Assembly: GCA_965263355.1 (NCBI GenBank)
Contig: CBDHHL010000056.1
Span: 1,664,001-1,728,000 of the forward strand
Reading direction: 5' to 3'
From: Leptolyngbyaceae cyanobacterium
GTDB lineage: Bacteria > Cyanobacteriota > Cyanobacteriia > Phormidesmidales > Phormidesmidaceae
DNA: 64,000 bases
The translations under genes were made by a program, and so were the position numbers. Positions 20,939 through 30,660 of the stretch are shown in pieces. The notes under the pieces are model-generated. The model did no database searches. It was given only the letters and a program-made list of their open reading frames with translations, and was not told the origin of the DNA. How positions within the stretch are numbered: position 1 is the stretch's first letter; each line of letters begins with the position of its first letter.

Positions 20939-21733
20939 CTAATTCCTGCTAATCATATGTGTCATTTCCTTCAAAAGTACATTAAATCTTCCTAGAGCAA
21001 AATCATACAGTTCCATATCAAGCAAATTTTCTGCCAAAATATCTTTGTAGAGTTCATTACCCAGCAATTCTCTAACTTTTATGACTTCTTCTGAATCAGA
21101 GGTATAGCTGTGGTTTGTGACATTTACTTTAATAGGGCTCCAATCGACCTCAGGAAAATAGTCTTTATAATGATGTTTAAAAAGGGATAAAGAATCATTA
21201 AATCGTCTCACGATCCCAAAAATTTGCCAATCAACTAAAACTTTTTTTGCCTGTTCTAAATGCTCTCTCACAGGCTTGTCAGGTTTGAAAGATGCATTTG
21301 ACAGATACATAACTTGAAAGTTTTTGATAACTTTTCGACCTCCAAGATTATTTTCTAAAGCCCACTTTATATAACCTGGGAAACCTTGCTCTACAGCAAT
21401 CAGATGATTTGGTTGAGAGCTATCTCTTTTTACAAACTCATAGACAGAACGTATCCTATCAATTGGATGCCTCAAAAATACTATTGGGTAACAGTAATCA
21501 AACGGTAATGGCGGACGGGCTTGATGGCTAGAAACTGCTTTGACATCCTGATTCAGCTCTAAAAAATCACCGAGTTCTTTTGAACTCAAAACATTAGACG
21601 CTTTTGAAGAATCAAAAGCTTTCCACTTTTGCTTAAAACTTTTTCTCAGAATTCGATCAACAGAAGAGCCGGCATTTTTAAATAGATGGTAATGAACTAA
21701 TACTTTGCGATCGCACCCTTGTTTTTGAAACAT
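20939..21733 (-). CDS. Sulfotransferase-family protein
   Basis: 5'-PSB-like HYHLFKNAGSSV and 3'-PB-like FLRHPIDRIRSVY; C-terminal DMELYDFA. Confidence 0.8.
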   Translation of the reverse strand: MFQKQGCDRKVLVHYHLFKNAGSSVDRILRKSFKQKWKAFDSSKASNVLSSKELGDFLELNQDVKAVSSHQARPPLPFDYCYPIVFLRHPIDRIRSVYEFVKRDSSQPNHLIAVEQGFPGYIKWALENNLGGRKVIKNFQVMYLSNASFKPDKPVREHLEQAKKVLVDWQIFGIVRRFNDSLSLFKHHYKDYFPEVDWSPIKVNVTNHSYTSDSEEVIKVRELLGNELYKDILAENLLDMELYDFALGRFNVLLKEMTHMISRN

Positions 21734-21769
21734 ACACACCAATTTATACTAGAGTGATTACTCAACAAG

Positions 21770-24094
21770 TTAATCAATTAGTCTTGCCAAAATATTTGAA
21801 ATCTTGGGCGACAACTTATCTGGAGAAAATTTCTCTTTTGCTGTATCTACACTATTCCTGGAAAGTACCTGCCAATCTTCTTCAGAATAGTATAATTTGA
21901 TAATACGGTTTGAAAAATCATGAACATCATCAGCAATCGAGACATTCAAACCATCCACTAAGTCCATCCCTTCAACGGCAATTGAAGTTGCAACAACAGG
22001 CACGCCAAAACTTAGACTAGACACAATTTTACCCTTCATCCCTGCACCATATCTTAATGGAACAACAGAGAGCTTTACTCTTTCAAAGAGTGTATGAAGC
22101 TCAGGAATAAAACCTTCTACCAAAATATCGTCTGAAGCCAATGACTGGATCTGCTCAGGAATATTAGACCCGGCAATGATAAATCGACAATCCGGCAAAC
22201 CTTTCTTAACCAAACCCCAAATATCAGCAATGAAGTGTTCAACGGCATCAATATTGGGAGTATGGGCAAATCCACCTAAAAAACAAATATCTTTTCGAGC
22301 ATGAAAATTATTTTTCGGGCCTGGTACATGATGCATAATTGGTACAACATCAGTTTTAGCAAATGGAAGATATTGCTTAACCACTTTTTCTTCTTCACCG
22401 GTCACTAAAAGTGTGAGGTCAGCCTCTTCAATAATTCCTAACTCTTCTTTTTTTAAGGCCTCAAGATAACGCTTATTTTCTTCTGAAGTTTTATTGTTAA
22501 GAGTATACTCTCGAGCCTGTCTTAGAAAATGTAAATCTACTGTATTAAAAATAACTTTTGCCTGCGGTGCATACGTCTTTATATCTTCAATAGTTTTAGA
22601 AGCAACCGTAACACGTGACAAAACCACTACATCAAGGTACTCGCCATATACTTGTAGATAATCAGTCAAAGATTTCAAATAGGGCTGATACCAGCATTGA
22701 ATCCCCAAACGTTGCAAACTCTCAGTGTACTCACCCATATGTCGCTGATTGAAAAATGGAATAAACGTGATTCCCCAACCCTGATCATGGGCGCTTTTAA
22801 GAAAATTAAAGGCATATACTGACCCAGCATCCTGATCAGGCGTCAGCGTTAAGGCATCTATCCATAACAGCGTGTGTTTTTTGTATGGTCCCCAGACAGA
22901 AAACATCGACGATTTAGGCTTTGGCCTTCGAACCAACTCATGCTTCCATCTATCCTGAAACTTAGGCTGATTGATCCGCTGATACTTTTTCACGCCTGAG
23001 GTTAAATCAGTGCCCGAACTAACACCTTCAAAATGAATTGCTTTTGAAAAAGGGGTATAAACTACCTTGTAGCCATTTTCCCTAACTCGAAATGCTAGAT
23101 CAGTATCCTCATAGTAAGCAGGTTTATAAAGCTCATCAAACCCGCCAAGCCGATTCCAAAGGTCTTTTGAAATAGCTAGAGAAGCGCCAGAACAGTAATC
23201 AACCTCCCGGATGAAATTATATTTACAATCCTTGGGATTATCTTGACGACCATAGTTCCATCCTGATGCATCTTCAAAGACAAACCCACCTGCTTCTTGC
23301 AACTTCCCGTCTGCATATAGCAACATGGAACCGACTAATCCAACCTGCTTATCGTTGATTAAAGGATCTAGTAATTCTGATAACCAATCAGAAAATGGTG
23401 CTGTGTCATTATTTAGAAAAATAATATGCTTACCTTGAGCAAGCCTTGCCGCATTATTACAGTTAAGTAAAAAACCAAGATTTTTAGCATTACGGACATA
23501 GGTCAAACCATCGATTAAGGATGTAAGATTCTGGGTTGCATCAGTAGAATGATCATCAGCTAAAATCACCTCAAAGGTATAGTTCGTTTCCTGAAAAGAT
23601 AGCGCTTTCAAACAACGCAGAGTATATCTAACTTTATTGAATACTGGGACTATGATCGTTGCATCTGGACAATCAAATGTTTGAAACGAGATCGATTTAG
23701 CTTCGCGTTTAGCTTCATCAACAATTGATGTTTTTTTCAGAAGCTCTTTAGCATTTTTGCTGAGATGAAATGCTTTAGGTGGTAACGTCGAACGCCCTTC
23801 ATTTCTGCCATATAAGAAGTAATGAACTAATGGATTGATTCCCGATGCCCTAACATCTGGGTTACTATCTAAGTAATACTTTGTGTTAAAAGAAGGACTC
23901 GGATCGCGATTTTCTTTTACACCAAACTTCAAATAGTGAAGCAAAGGATCAACCCCGGCTTCAGCAACATCCACATATTTCTCAAGATAGTAATCACTAT
24001 CAAACAAATCACTTGCCCGAAGCCCTGAAATCGCCTTGCCAAATTTACGAATTCGGAGTATCTTTAGCAACCTTTTAATTGTTTGAAGAAGCAA
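21770..24094 (-). CDS. GT2-GT4 fusion glycosyltransferase with N-terminal FD..YYL repeats (paralogue B)
   Basis: Collinear and highly similar to 16423-18534 from the VPVFNK motif onward; two extra FDSDYYL...PLLHY-type repeats. Confidence 0.9.
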   Translation of the reverse strand: MLLQTIKRLLKILRIRKFGKAISGLRASDLFDSDYYLEKYVDVAEAGVDPLLHYLKFGVKENRDPSPSFNTKYYLDSNPDVRASGINPLVHYFLYGRNEGRSTLPPKAFHLSKNAKELLKKTSIVDEAKREAKSISFQTFDCPDATIIVPVFNKVRYTLRCLKALSFQETNYTFEVILADDHSTDATQNLTSLIDGLTYVRNAKNLGFLLNCNNAARLAQGKHIIFLNNDTAPFSDWLSELLDPLINDKQVGLVGSMLLYADGKLQEAGGFVFEDASGWNYGRQDNPKDCKYNFIREVDYCSGASLAISKDLWNRLGGFDELYKPAYYEDTDLAFRVRENGYKVVYTPFSKAIHFEGVSSGTDLTSGVKKYQRINQPKFQDRWKHELVRRPKPKSSMFSVWGPYKKHTLLWIDALTLTPDQDAGSVYAFNFLKSAHDQGWGITFIPFFNQRHMGEYTESLQRLGIQCWYQPYLKSLTDYLQVYGEYLDVVVLSRVTVASKTIEDIKTYAPQAKVIFNTVDLHFLRQAREYTLNNKTSEENKRYLEALKKEELGIIEEADLTLLVTGEEEKVVKQYLPFAKTDVVPIMHHVPGPKNNFHARKDICFLGGFAHTPNIDAVEHFIADIWGLVKKGLPDCRFIIAGSNIPEQIQSLASDDILVEGFIPELHTLFERVKLSVVPLRYGAGMKGKIVSSLSFGVPVVATSIAVEGMDLVDGLNVSIADDVHDFSNRIIKLYYSEEDWQVLSRNSVDTAKEKFSPDKLSPKISNILARLID

Positions 24095-24248
24095 AATGGT
24101 TCGTACTCCTTTACTAAAACTTAGACTAGATTCTAAGCAAAACCCAGTATAGGAAACACCTAAATATTAATACAATACTGGACTCTATCCTGTATAAATT
24201 TAACCGAGGATAAAAAAATCAGGATATTTCTATAATCATTGTCATATC

Positions 24249-25247
24249 CTATGAAAGATAACGTTTTAGAGACTGACTGAGCCTCCAAAATTTGTTCATC
24301 TGAATCTCTTCCAAAGTACTAAGAGTGCTTTGAAGATGTAGCTGGGTCTCGCGTAATTTTGATTCTGTGTCCTGCAGCTTTGATTCTGTGCCCTGCAGTT
24401 TTGACTCTGTGTCCTGCAGCTTTGATTCTGTATTCTGCAACTTTAACTGCAGTTCTTGTAAATCTAAAGTAACCTGATTCAAAGCTTCTTTATTACGGCT
24501 ATTTTCCTGACGAAGAAATTCATGTTCACGCCCTAGAGACCAAGGGTATGCTCGAACTACAAATTGCAATATTTCAGACGTTCTATCTTCAGAAATAAGT
24601 CTCAATAAATCAGGTGAGTAAAGCTTTTCATTAATCTTAGGTATTAAAGGCGAATCTGTTGACCAAGGAAGATATGTATGTTCTTCAGTTTCTATAAAAA
24701 AACCGGCTTTTCTAAATAGTTGAAAAACCGATTCTCTAGTGAAAAATCTTAAATGCGTGTCATCCAGTATTCCTAGATTAGCATAGTCAAATCGCCCTTC
24801 AAGTAAGGCTAATCTCACTGCACCATGAGCAATATTAGGAATAGATGCAATCACATATCCTTCTGGCTTTAGATTTTTCTTGATACTTTCTAGTAAAGAC
24901 CAAGGATCCTTTAGGTGCTCTAAAACATCGCCAAAGGTAACTACATCAAACTGCTCATCTTTGAGCAGTGATTCGGCACTTTCATTATCGAGATCAGCAA
25001 CAATTACTCGCTCACAATATTGTTCAGCTTCTTTAGCTGCTGCTGGGTTAATGTCAATACCAACTACAGAACAATTCTTGTCTTGAAGTAGCTTGGCAAA
25101 ATACCCTGTGGCACAGCCCAAGTCTAATACTTTATTGTTGGGAGAAATCAGAGACAACATTTTATCTAAACTACTTCCCTTTAGTCTAGATTTGTCTACT
25201 TTTAGCAGATTAGGATAATTCTTATAAAAACTTCCCTGGCCACCCAT
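24249..25247 (-). CDS. Class I SAM methyltransferase with C-terminal coiled coil
   Basis: VLDLGCATG, FGDVLEHL, IASIPNIAH and GILDDTHLRFFT, then (LQDTESK)n heptads and a KFWRL tail. Confidence 0.88.
   Translation of the reverse strand: MGGQGSFYKNYPNLLKVDKSRLKGSSLDKMLSLISPNNKVLDLGCATGYFAKLLQDKNCSVVGIDINPAAAKEAEQYCERVIVADLDNESAESLLKDEQFDVVTFGDVLEHLKDPWSLLESIKKNLKPEGYVIASIPNIAHGAVRLALLEGRFDYANLGILDDTHLRFFTRESVFQLFRKAGFFIETEEHTYLPWSTDSPLIPKINEKLYSPDLLRLISEDRTSEILQFVVRAYPWSLGREHEFLRQENSRNKEALNQVTLDLQELQLKLQNTESKLQDTESKLQGTESKLQDTESKLRETQLHLQSTLSTLEEIQMNKFWRLSQSLKRYLS
24358..24441. repeat. Four 21-bp tandem repeats encoding LQ(D/G/N)TESK heptads
   Basis: Units tttgattctgtgtcctgcagc / tttgattctgtgccctgcagt / tttgactctgtgtcctgcagc / tttgattctgtattctgcaac. 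Confidence 0.95.
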
Positions 25248-25379
25248 CTGTAAAAACCAAACTGCTACAGCTTATAGTAGCCTACAAAGAAATCAAACCA
25301 TAAATTTCGTTAGCTATGGCTTCAAAGCTGGAAAATCAAGTAAAACTTAGAGAATTACTAGCTTGAAGAGTTGTAACCC

Positions 25380-25970
25380 TTAAGTTGTCAAAAGCCAATG
25401 TGCTAGCGAGATCTTGGCCTGATGTATAATCCCAAGTTTCTTCTTTGAAGCGATCAGGACCGAATCATGCCAAGCATTACTACTATCACGGTAACCTTCC
25501 TCATCATCCCACTGTGTATATACCTCTACAGGATGCAGACCAGAAAACTCAGCTAGTGCCGTAAACCCATCAGGATAAAACCGCCAGCAATCTACAGGAT
25601 AACGATGCTCAAACCCAGAAGATGGAGCGATAATACAGCATAGTCCAGAATCTTTTAGCACCCTACGAATTTCAAGGGCTGTCAACCAGAAAAACTCAAT
25701 ATGCTCGAAGGCTTGACCTGAAATTACAACATCTACTGAATTAGAAGGTACTTGCGTCCAGCGATAAGGACTTGGCAAAACCAGATCAACATTTTTGCCT
25801 GGGGCTGCATCTACACCAACATATTGCCACCCAGGAACATCAAAAATAGGCTTGTAACTACCGTTAACGTCCTGACTGCCTAAATCCATTATCTTGATTT
25901 TTTTACCCTCTAAAGCATTGAGATACTTTTCCTTAAATGCTTTCATTTTTTTCAAAGAACTCTGATGCAT
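25380..25970 (-). CDS. Class I SAM-dependent methyltransferase
   Basis: MDLGSQDVNGSY, DVVISGQAFEHI and HRYPVDCWRF; AGGAGG RBS before ATG 25970. Confidence 0.85.
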   Translation of the reverse strand: MHQSSLKKMKAFKEKYLNALEGKKIKIMDLGSQDVNGSYKPIFDVPGWQYVGVDAAPGKNVDLVLPSPYRWTQVPSNSVDVVISGQAFEHIEFFWLTALEIRRVLKDSGLCCIIAPSSGFEHRYPVDCWRFYPDGFTALAEFSGLHPVEVYTQWDDEEGYRDSSNAWHDSVLIASKKKLGIIHQAKISLAHWLLTT

Positions 25971-26184
25971 TAAAATACCTCCTTTAAAAACACTTCGGAT
26001 CAAGATAGAGTTTAGTATAAAATCGTTACATATATGTATATAGTGCCTTTTTAGAAAGCCTGTTTCTAGGAATTAGCTACGGTAAAGATATATAGAATAT
26101 AATAAATACTTATTTCAAAGAAGTTTTGCCAACTATTCAAACTTTGAAGAATAAGATTTTAAAATTGACAGAATGTGAGATGCT

Positions 26185-26210
26185 TTTGATTTGATTGGAA
26201 TCAAATCAAA
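26185..26210. other. Perfect 12-bp inverted repeat just downstream of wzt
   Basis: TTTGATTTGATT-GG-AATCAAATCAAA; possible terminator, processing site or operator. Confidence 0.5.
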
Positions 26211-26234
26211 TTTTAAAAGAGAAAATTAAGCTAT

Positions 26235-27539
26235 TCAAAATGATGATATGACAACTGGAAGATAAACCATTCCATGAATTTTCTTCCCATCCTTAGGAGG
26301 TAAAATCTCAAATATAGTAGCGTTATCAATCCAGTCTGAAGTTACCTTCCCATAGCTTTCAGCGACAGCTACAGTAAGACTATAAGAAGTTGGTTTTAGG
26401 GGCAAATTTAGTTCAAAGTTGATAGTTTTTTCGCTTGTAGGCTCCAAATAGCTCAATTGAAAGCCCTCTTGCTTTGTGTTGGAAGCAACTAATTCATTGC
26501 CATTTTTATCACATATTTGAAAACCCACAATATAGTTTTCTATATATTGATTAGCTCTAACTTTTACTAATATTTTGACCCTCTCATTAAACTCTATCGA
26601 TGCATTTTTACTTACTACAGTACCATCGGTCTTTAAAATCTTTACCTCCTTAATGACCAACTGTTGGTTGCCTCTTCTAAAAGAACTTGGAAGAGTTTTT
26701 AAGACTTTTATTTCTTTAGTACTTTGGTTGTTAGTATTTCTATTTCCATCAAGTTTATTTGCTTCTTCAGACGAAATAGCAGAGGTTTGGGCTGATTTTA
26801 TGTCTTCATCTGCAAGGCGTTTCATATAATCAGCAAGAACTGCTTCTGGAACACCACAGGTTTGAATACTGCCTCGCTCTATCAAAAATGACCAATTGCA
26901 TAGAGTTTTGACACTAGTGGCGTTGTGAGAAACAAACAGTGTTGTGACACCTGCGTTCATAAGATTACGCATACGTCTCGCGCATTTATGTTGAAAATAC
27001 ACATCTCCAACGCCAAGAACCTCGTCAACAATTAACACATCAGGACTAGCGCTGCTGGCTACTGCAAAGGCTAATCTTGCTCTCATTCCACTTGAGTAAC
27101 TCTTTACTGGTTGCTCTAAGAAATCACCAATGTCGGCAAAGGCAACAATATCTTCAAAACGCTCTTCGATTTCCGTGTGGCTTAGCCCTAACAAACGCCC
27201 ATTAAAAAAAACATTTTGCCGACCAGTAAACTCAGGATTAAATCCACTACCTAGCTCTAACAACGCTGATACTCGACCATTCACCTGTACCGTACCCGAA
27301 GTTGGTTGTAGCGTGCCTGTGATGATCTTCAGTAGCGTACTCTTGCCAGCACCATTACGGCCTACAATGCCCCAGGTTTCTCCTCGGGGTATTTCCAAGG
27401 AAATATCCTTAAGCGCCCAAAATTCCTGTGCATAGCTTTTGCCTGGCAAGATAATTTCTTTCAAACGATCTACGGGTCTTTTGTAACGCTTAAAAACTTT
27501 AGAAATACCCTTTAGCGAAATGGCGGTCTCTACTGACAT
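26235..27539 (-). CDS. wzt: Polysaccharide ABC exporter ATP-binding subunit with C-terminal Wzt_C domain
   Basis: GRNGAGKSTL, ALLELGSGFNPEFTGRQN, YSSGMRARLAF and DEVLGVGD; ~170-aa C-terminal extension. Confidence 0.92.
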   Translation of the reverse strand: MSVETAISLKGISKVFKRYKRPVDRLKEIILPGKSYAQEFWALKDISLEIPRGETWGIVGRNGAGKSTLLKIITGTLQPTSGTVQVNGRVSALLELGSGFNPEFTGRQNVFFNGRLLGLSHTEIEERFEDIVAFADIGDFLEQPVKSYSSGMRARLAFAVASSASPDVLIVDEVLGVGDVYFQHKCARRMRNLMNAGVTTLFVSHNATSVKTLCNWSFLIERGSIQTCGVPEAVLADYMKRLADEDIKSAQTSAISSEEANKLDGNRNTNNQSTKEIKVLKTLPSSFRRGNQQLVIKEVKILKTDGTVVSKNASIEFNERVKILVKVRANQYIENYIVGFQICDKNGNELVASNTKQEGFQLSYLEPTSEKTINFELNLPLKPTSYSLTVAVAESYGKVTSDWIDNATIFEILPPKDGKKIHGMVYLPVVISSF

Positions 27540-27701
27540 ATGAAACAACTGGAATTTACTTCAAACCAATACTGCTATGCATAGAGTGACCCATGATGTT
27601 GCTGCCAATAAACTCTAAATCGACATGTAGTTACTTCGGTATACATTAAGTAGCCAGTAAACGGCTTTAGAACATTAGCTACTACATAGGGTATTTAGCT
27701 C

Positions 27702-28430
27702 CTATTTACGAGCTACCAAAACGATTCGCGACATATTTTCATTGAGGAACTTGGGAGACACCTTGAGGAGTTCCTGTATATCTGAGAATCCAACCAATTC
27801 GAGATTCTTTTTTAATACAGAGGTACTCAAAGCCCAAAAATTTGTCTTATCGTTATTTTGCATGTACATGAAGTAACAAATGTTTTCATCACTCGGATGA
27901 TCATAAACTTGAGTTTCTAATGCAAGATAGCCACCTTTTTTAAGATTTTCATAAGTAGTACTTAATGATAAAAGCGGATTTCGCAAATGATATAAAGTTC
28001 CGAAGTGAAGAACGATATCAAAGCCATCTTTATTTGAGTATGTCTCAGCGCTTTCTAGCAAATATTCATTATCCAAATTAGCAATTTTTGATAGCAACGT
28101 TGAAACTTCAATATGCCTAGGTAAAACATCAATGCCAATAGCATGCATATTATATGTGGTCGATAAATAAATCGAATTATGACCTGAGTTGCATCCTATA
28201 TCTAAAACGCGACCACCTTCAAATGATGCGAAAGGAATGGCTTTTTCAACAACTTTGATTTTCTGCAAAGTATTGTGGGTAAAAGGAGTTCTTTGTTCAA
28301 AATCCTTAGTTGATAATCCATTACTGAAATCTACCCTATGGCCCCAGGGAGCATTTTTTTCTAGAATATGCGCTAATTCCAATTGGGAATACTTGGTATC
28401 CAGTTTTAACTCTAGACTTTCTGACATCAT
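27702..28430 (-). CDS. Class I SAM methyltransferase (DUF1698/CmoB-like)
   Basis: RVLDIGCNSG and FDIVLHFGTLYHLRNPL. Confidence 0.82.
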   Translation of the reverse strand: MMSESLELKLDTKYSQLELAHILEKNAPWGHRVDFSNGLSTKDFEQRTPFTHNTLQKIKVVEKAIPFASFEGGRVLDIGCNSGHNSIYLSTTYNMHAIGIDVLPRHIEVSTLLSKIANLDNEYLLESAETYSNKDGFDIVLHFGTLYHLRNPLLSLSTTYENLKKGGYLALETQVYDHPSDENICYFMYMQNNDKTNFWALSTSVLKKNLELVGFSDIQELLKVSPKFLNENMSRIVLVARK

Positions 28431-28475
28431 TACTCCTGGTGTTTATTATTTGAAAATATCCTACCTAAGCCACTG

Positions 28476-29366
28476 TTACAATACATCTGCAAAAGCGGGA
28501 CGAAGCTTTTGATAAGTCAGGTGGCCCAACAAACACACAAAACTCGATACTGCTGTTGCGATCGCCCACACCTGCCAATGGCTAATGGCACCAACTAAGA
28601 CCACATCCCGATGCATTTCGACAATAGCGGCTAGTGGATTGAACCAAAACACTAAGGTCCGGATAGGCTCAGGAATCAACTCCGCTGGATATAAAATTGG
28701 TGTGGCATAAAACCACAAGTTCAAGATAATTCCAAACAGCTGAGGAATATCCCGCAGAAAAACAGTCAATCCTGCTGTGAAATAGGCTAGCCCAACTGTC
28801 AGCAACAACTGGGGCAACCAAACTAACGGTAATAGGAATAATGTACTATGCAATACCTGACCAGTAAGGGCTACAAAACACGTCAGGGCCATTAATCCCA
28901 ATGTACTTTCTAAAAAAGCTACGAGTACGGGGACCAACGGTAAAAGCTCTAATGGAAAAACCACTTTGGTGACCAGGTTTGGTTTCTGAATAACCACCCG
29001 CATTGCTTGAATGAGTCCGGTATTAAAGGTAGTCCACGGAAGTAATCCTGCAAATAACCAAAGACCAAAGGTGAAATTCGTATTGCCGCCTGGTAACCCT
29101 TGGGCGCTGAGTTTAACATTAAGCACCACTGAAAACACATAGGTGTATATCAGTAACTGAGCTATTTGCCGTACTAAGCCCCATACGTTGCCAAGCATAG
29201 ACCCTTTGTAGCGAGTATCTAAATCTCTCTGTACTAGCGTTTTCAATAAATCCAGCTTTTTCCAATGAGATTCATTGAACGGGACTACAAGCCTAAGATA
29301 TTTCACCTGCCCCCATGCCATTTGTGTTAATCGCTTGAAAGATGTCTTGACGGATTTCAACACCAC
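28476..29366 (-). CDS. wzm: Polysaccharide ABC exporter permease
   Basis: RDLDTRYKGSMLG, LFAGLLPW, LVTKVVFP and FYATPILYP; ends FADVL. Confidence 0.92.
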   Translation of the reverse strand: MVLKSVKTSFKRLTQMAWGQVKYLRLVVPFNESHWKKLDLLKTLVQRDLDTRYKGSMLGNVWGLVRQIAQLLIYTYVFSVVLNVKLSAQGLPGGNTNFTFGLWLFAGLLPWTTFNTGLIQAMRVVIQKPNLVTKVVFPLELLPLVPVLVAFLESTLGLMALTCFVALTGQVLHSTLFLLPLVWLPQLLLTVGLAYFTAGLTVFLRDIPQLFGIILNLWFYATPILYPAELIPEPIRTLVFWFNPLAAIVEMHRDVVLVGAISHWQVWAIATAVSSFVCLLGHLTYQKLRPAFADVL

Positions 29367-29381
29367 AGGATTCTCAAATCT

Positions 29382-30566
29382 CTAAACTACCTGTGCGGCT
29401 AATGCCTGCTTTAGACTAAAAACAACTGATTCAATTTGCTCCAAACTTAGCTCTGGCCACATGGGTAGGCTTAGTACTTCCTGGGCGAGTTGATGGCTAA
29501 CTGGCAGGTCGGGATATTCGCCAGCATAGATGGGTAGTTTGTCCTGGGGAATTGGGTAGTAGATCATTGCACCAATGCCTTGATCTGCAAGGGCTTGCTT
29601 GATATGGTCACGATTTCTGCCCATTACCCGGACTGTATATTGATGAAATACATGTCCAGCAGATGGAGCAGGCGTAATTACCTGTTCAACATCTGCCAGG
29701 AGTTTGCTGTAAGTCGTTGCAATCCAGCGGCGTTTCTTATTCCAGGTATCAATATGACGGAGCTTAACCTGCAAGATTGCCGCCTGCATGGCATCAAGTC
29801 GCGAGTTGTACCCTAGCATCAGGTTGTTGTAGCGTTCCTTAGCGCCATGTACCCTCAGCATCCGGGCAACTTCAGCGATTTGATCATCGTTGGTAGTAAT
29901 CAAGCCACCGTCACCATAGGCACCCAAGTTTTTAGTTGGAAAAAAGGAAAATGCACCAATATCACCCATGGTGCCTGTGTAGTTACCCTGAATGCGATCG
30001 CGAATACCCTGCTCACAGGTCTGACCACAGCCAGTACAGTCCCCTTGATAAATAGCGCCAAACGACTGGGCACAGTCCTCAATCACCTTCAGATTATGCC
30101 GTGTCGCAATCTGCATAATTTGTGCCATGGCCGCCGGATTGCCGTATAAATGCACGGGTATGATGGCTTTAGTTTTAGGGGTGATTGCTGCTGCAATTAA
30201 AGTAGGGTCAATATTAAACGAATCGGGTTGAATATCGACAAAGACAGGTCTAGCACCTACTATGCTGATGGATTCAGCGGTGGCAAAAAAGCTAAAGGGC
30301 GTCGTGATCACTTCATCCCCTGGCAAAATCCCGGCAGCCCGTAACCCAATCACCAGGGCATCTGTGCCTGAATTTACCCCAATCGCATGGTTAACCCCCA
30401 AATACTGAGCAACATCAGTTTCAAAGTTTTTTACCGTCGGCCCCAAGATAAATTGCCCTGACTCCAAGACCTGATTTATGGCCGTTTGAATTTCATCCTT
30501 GATGATTTGATACTGGGGTTTTAAATCAAGGATGGGGATTTTAATTTGACTCACAGTATTTATCAT
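29382..30566 (-). CDS. DegT/DnrJ/EryC1/StrS-family nucleotide-sugar aminotransferase
   Basis: VNSGTDAL, PVHLYG, EDCAQS, SFFPTKNLGAYGDGG and GYNSRLD. Confidence 0.92.
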   Translation of the reverse strand: MINTVSQIKIPILDLKPQYQIIKDEIQTAINQVLESGQFILGPTVKNFETDVAQYLGVNHAIGVNSGTDALVIGLRAAGILPGDEVITTPFSFFATAESISIVGARPVFVDIQPDSFNIDPTLIAAAITPKTKAIIPVHLYGNPAAMAQIMQIATRHNLKVIEDCAQSFGAIYQGDCTGCGQTCEQGIRDRIQGNYTGTMGDIGAFSFFPTKNLGAYGDGGLITTNDDQIAEVARMLRVHGAKERYNNLMLGYNSRLDAMQAAILQVKLRHIDTWNKKRRWIATTYSKLLADVEQVITPAPSAGHVFHQYTVRVMGRNRDHIKQALADQGIGAMIYYPIPQDKLPIYAGEYPDLPVSHQLAQEVLSLPMWPELSLEQIESVVFSLKQALAAQVV

Positions 30567-30660
30567 CCTAAGGGTCCGATGCCGCTGGGGCTCTGCTCTA
30601 GAATCTTAGGATGATTTGTGTCTGGACGACACACACCGGATCGTCATAGAGCAGTATGCA

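Noticed and set aside
30593..30654. Possible long hairpin upstream of the DegT gene
   Set aside because: The inner pairing relies on G-U pairs on the + strand, not the transcribed minus strand; no known riboswitch or ops/JUMPstart motif recognised.
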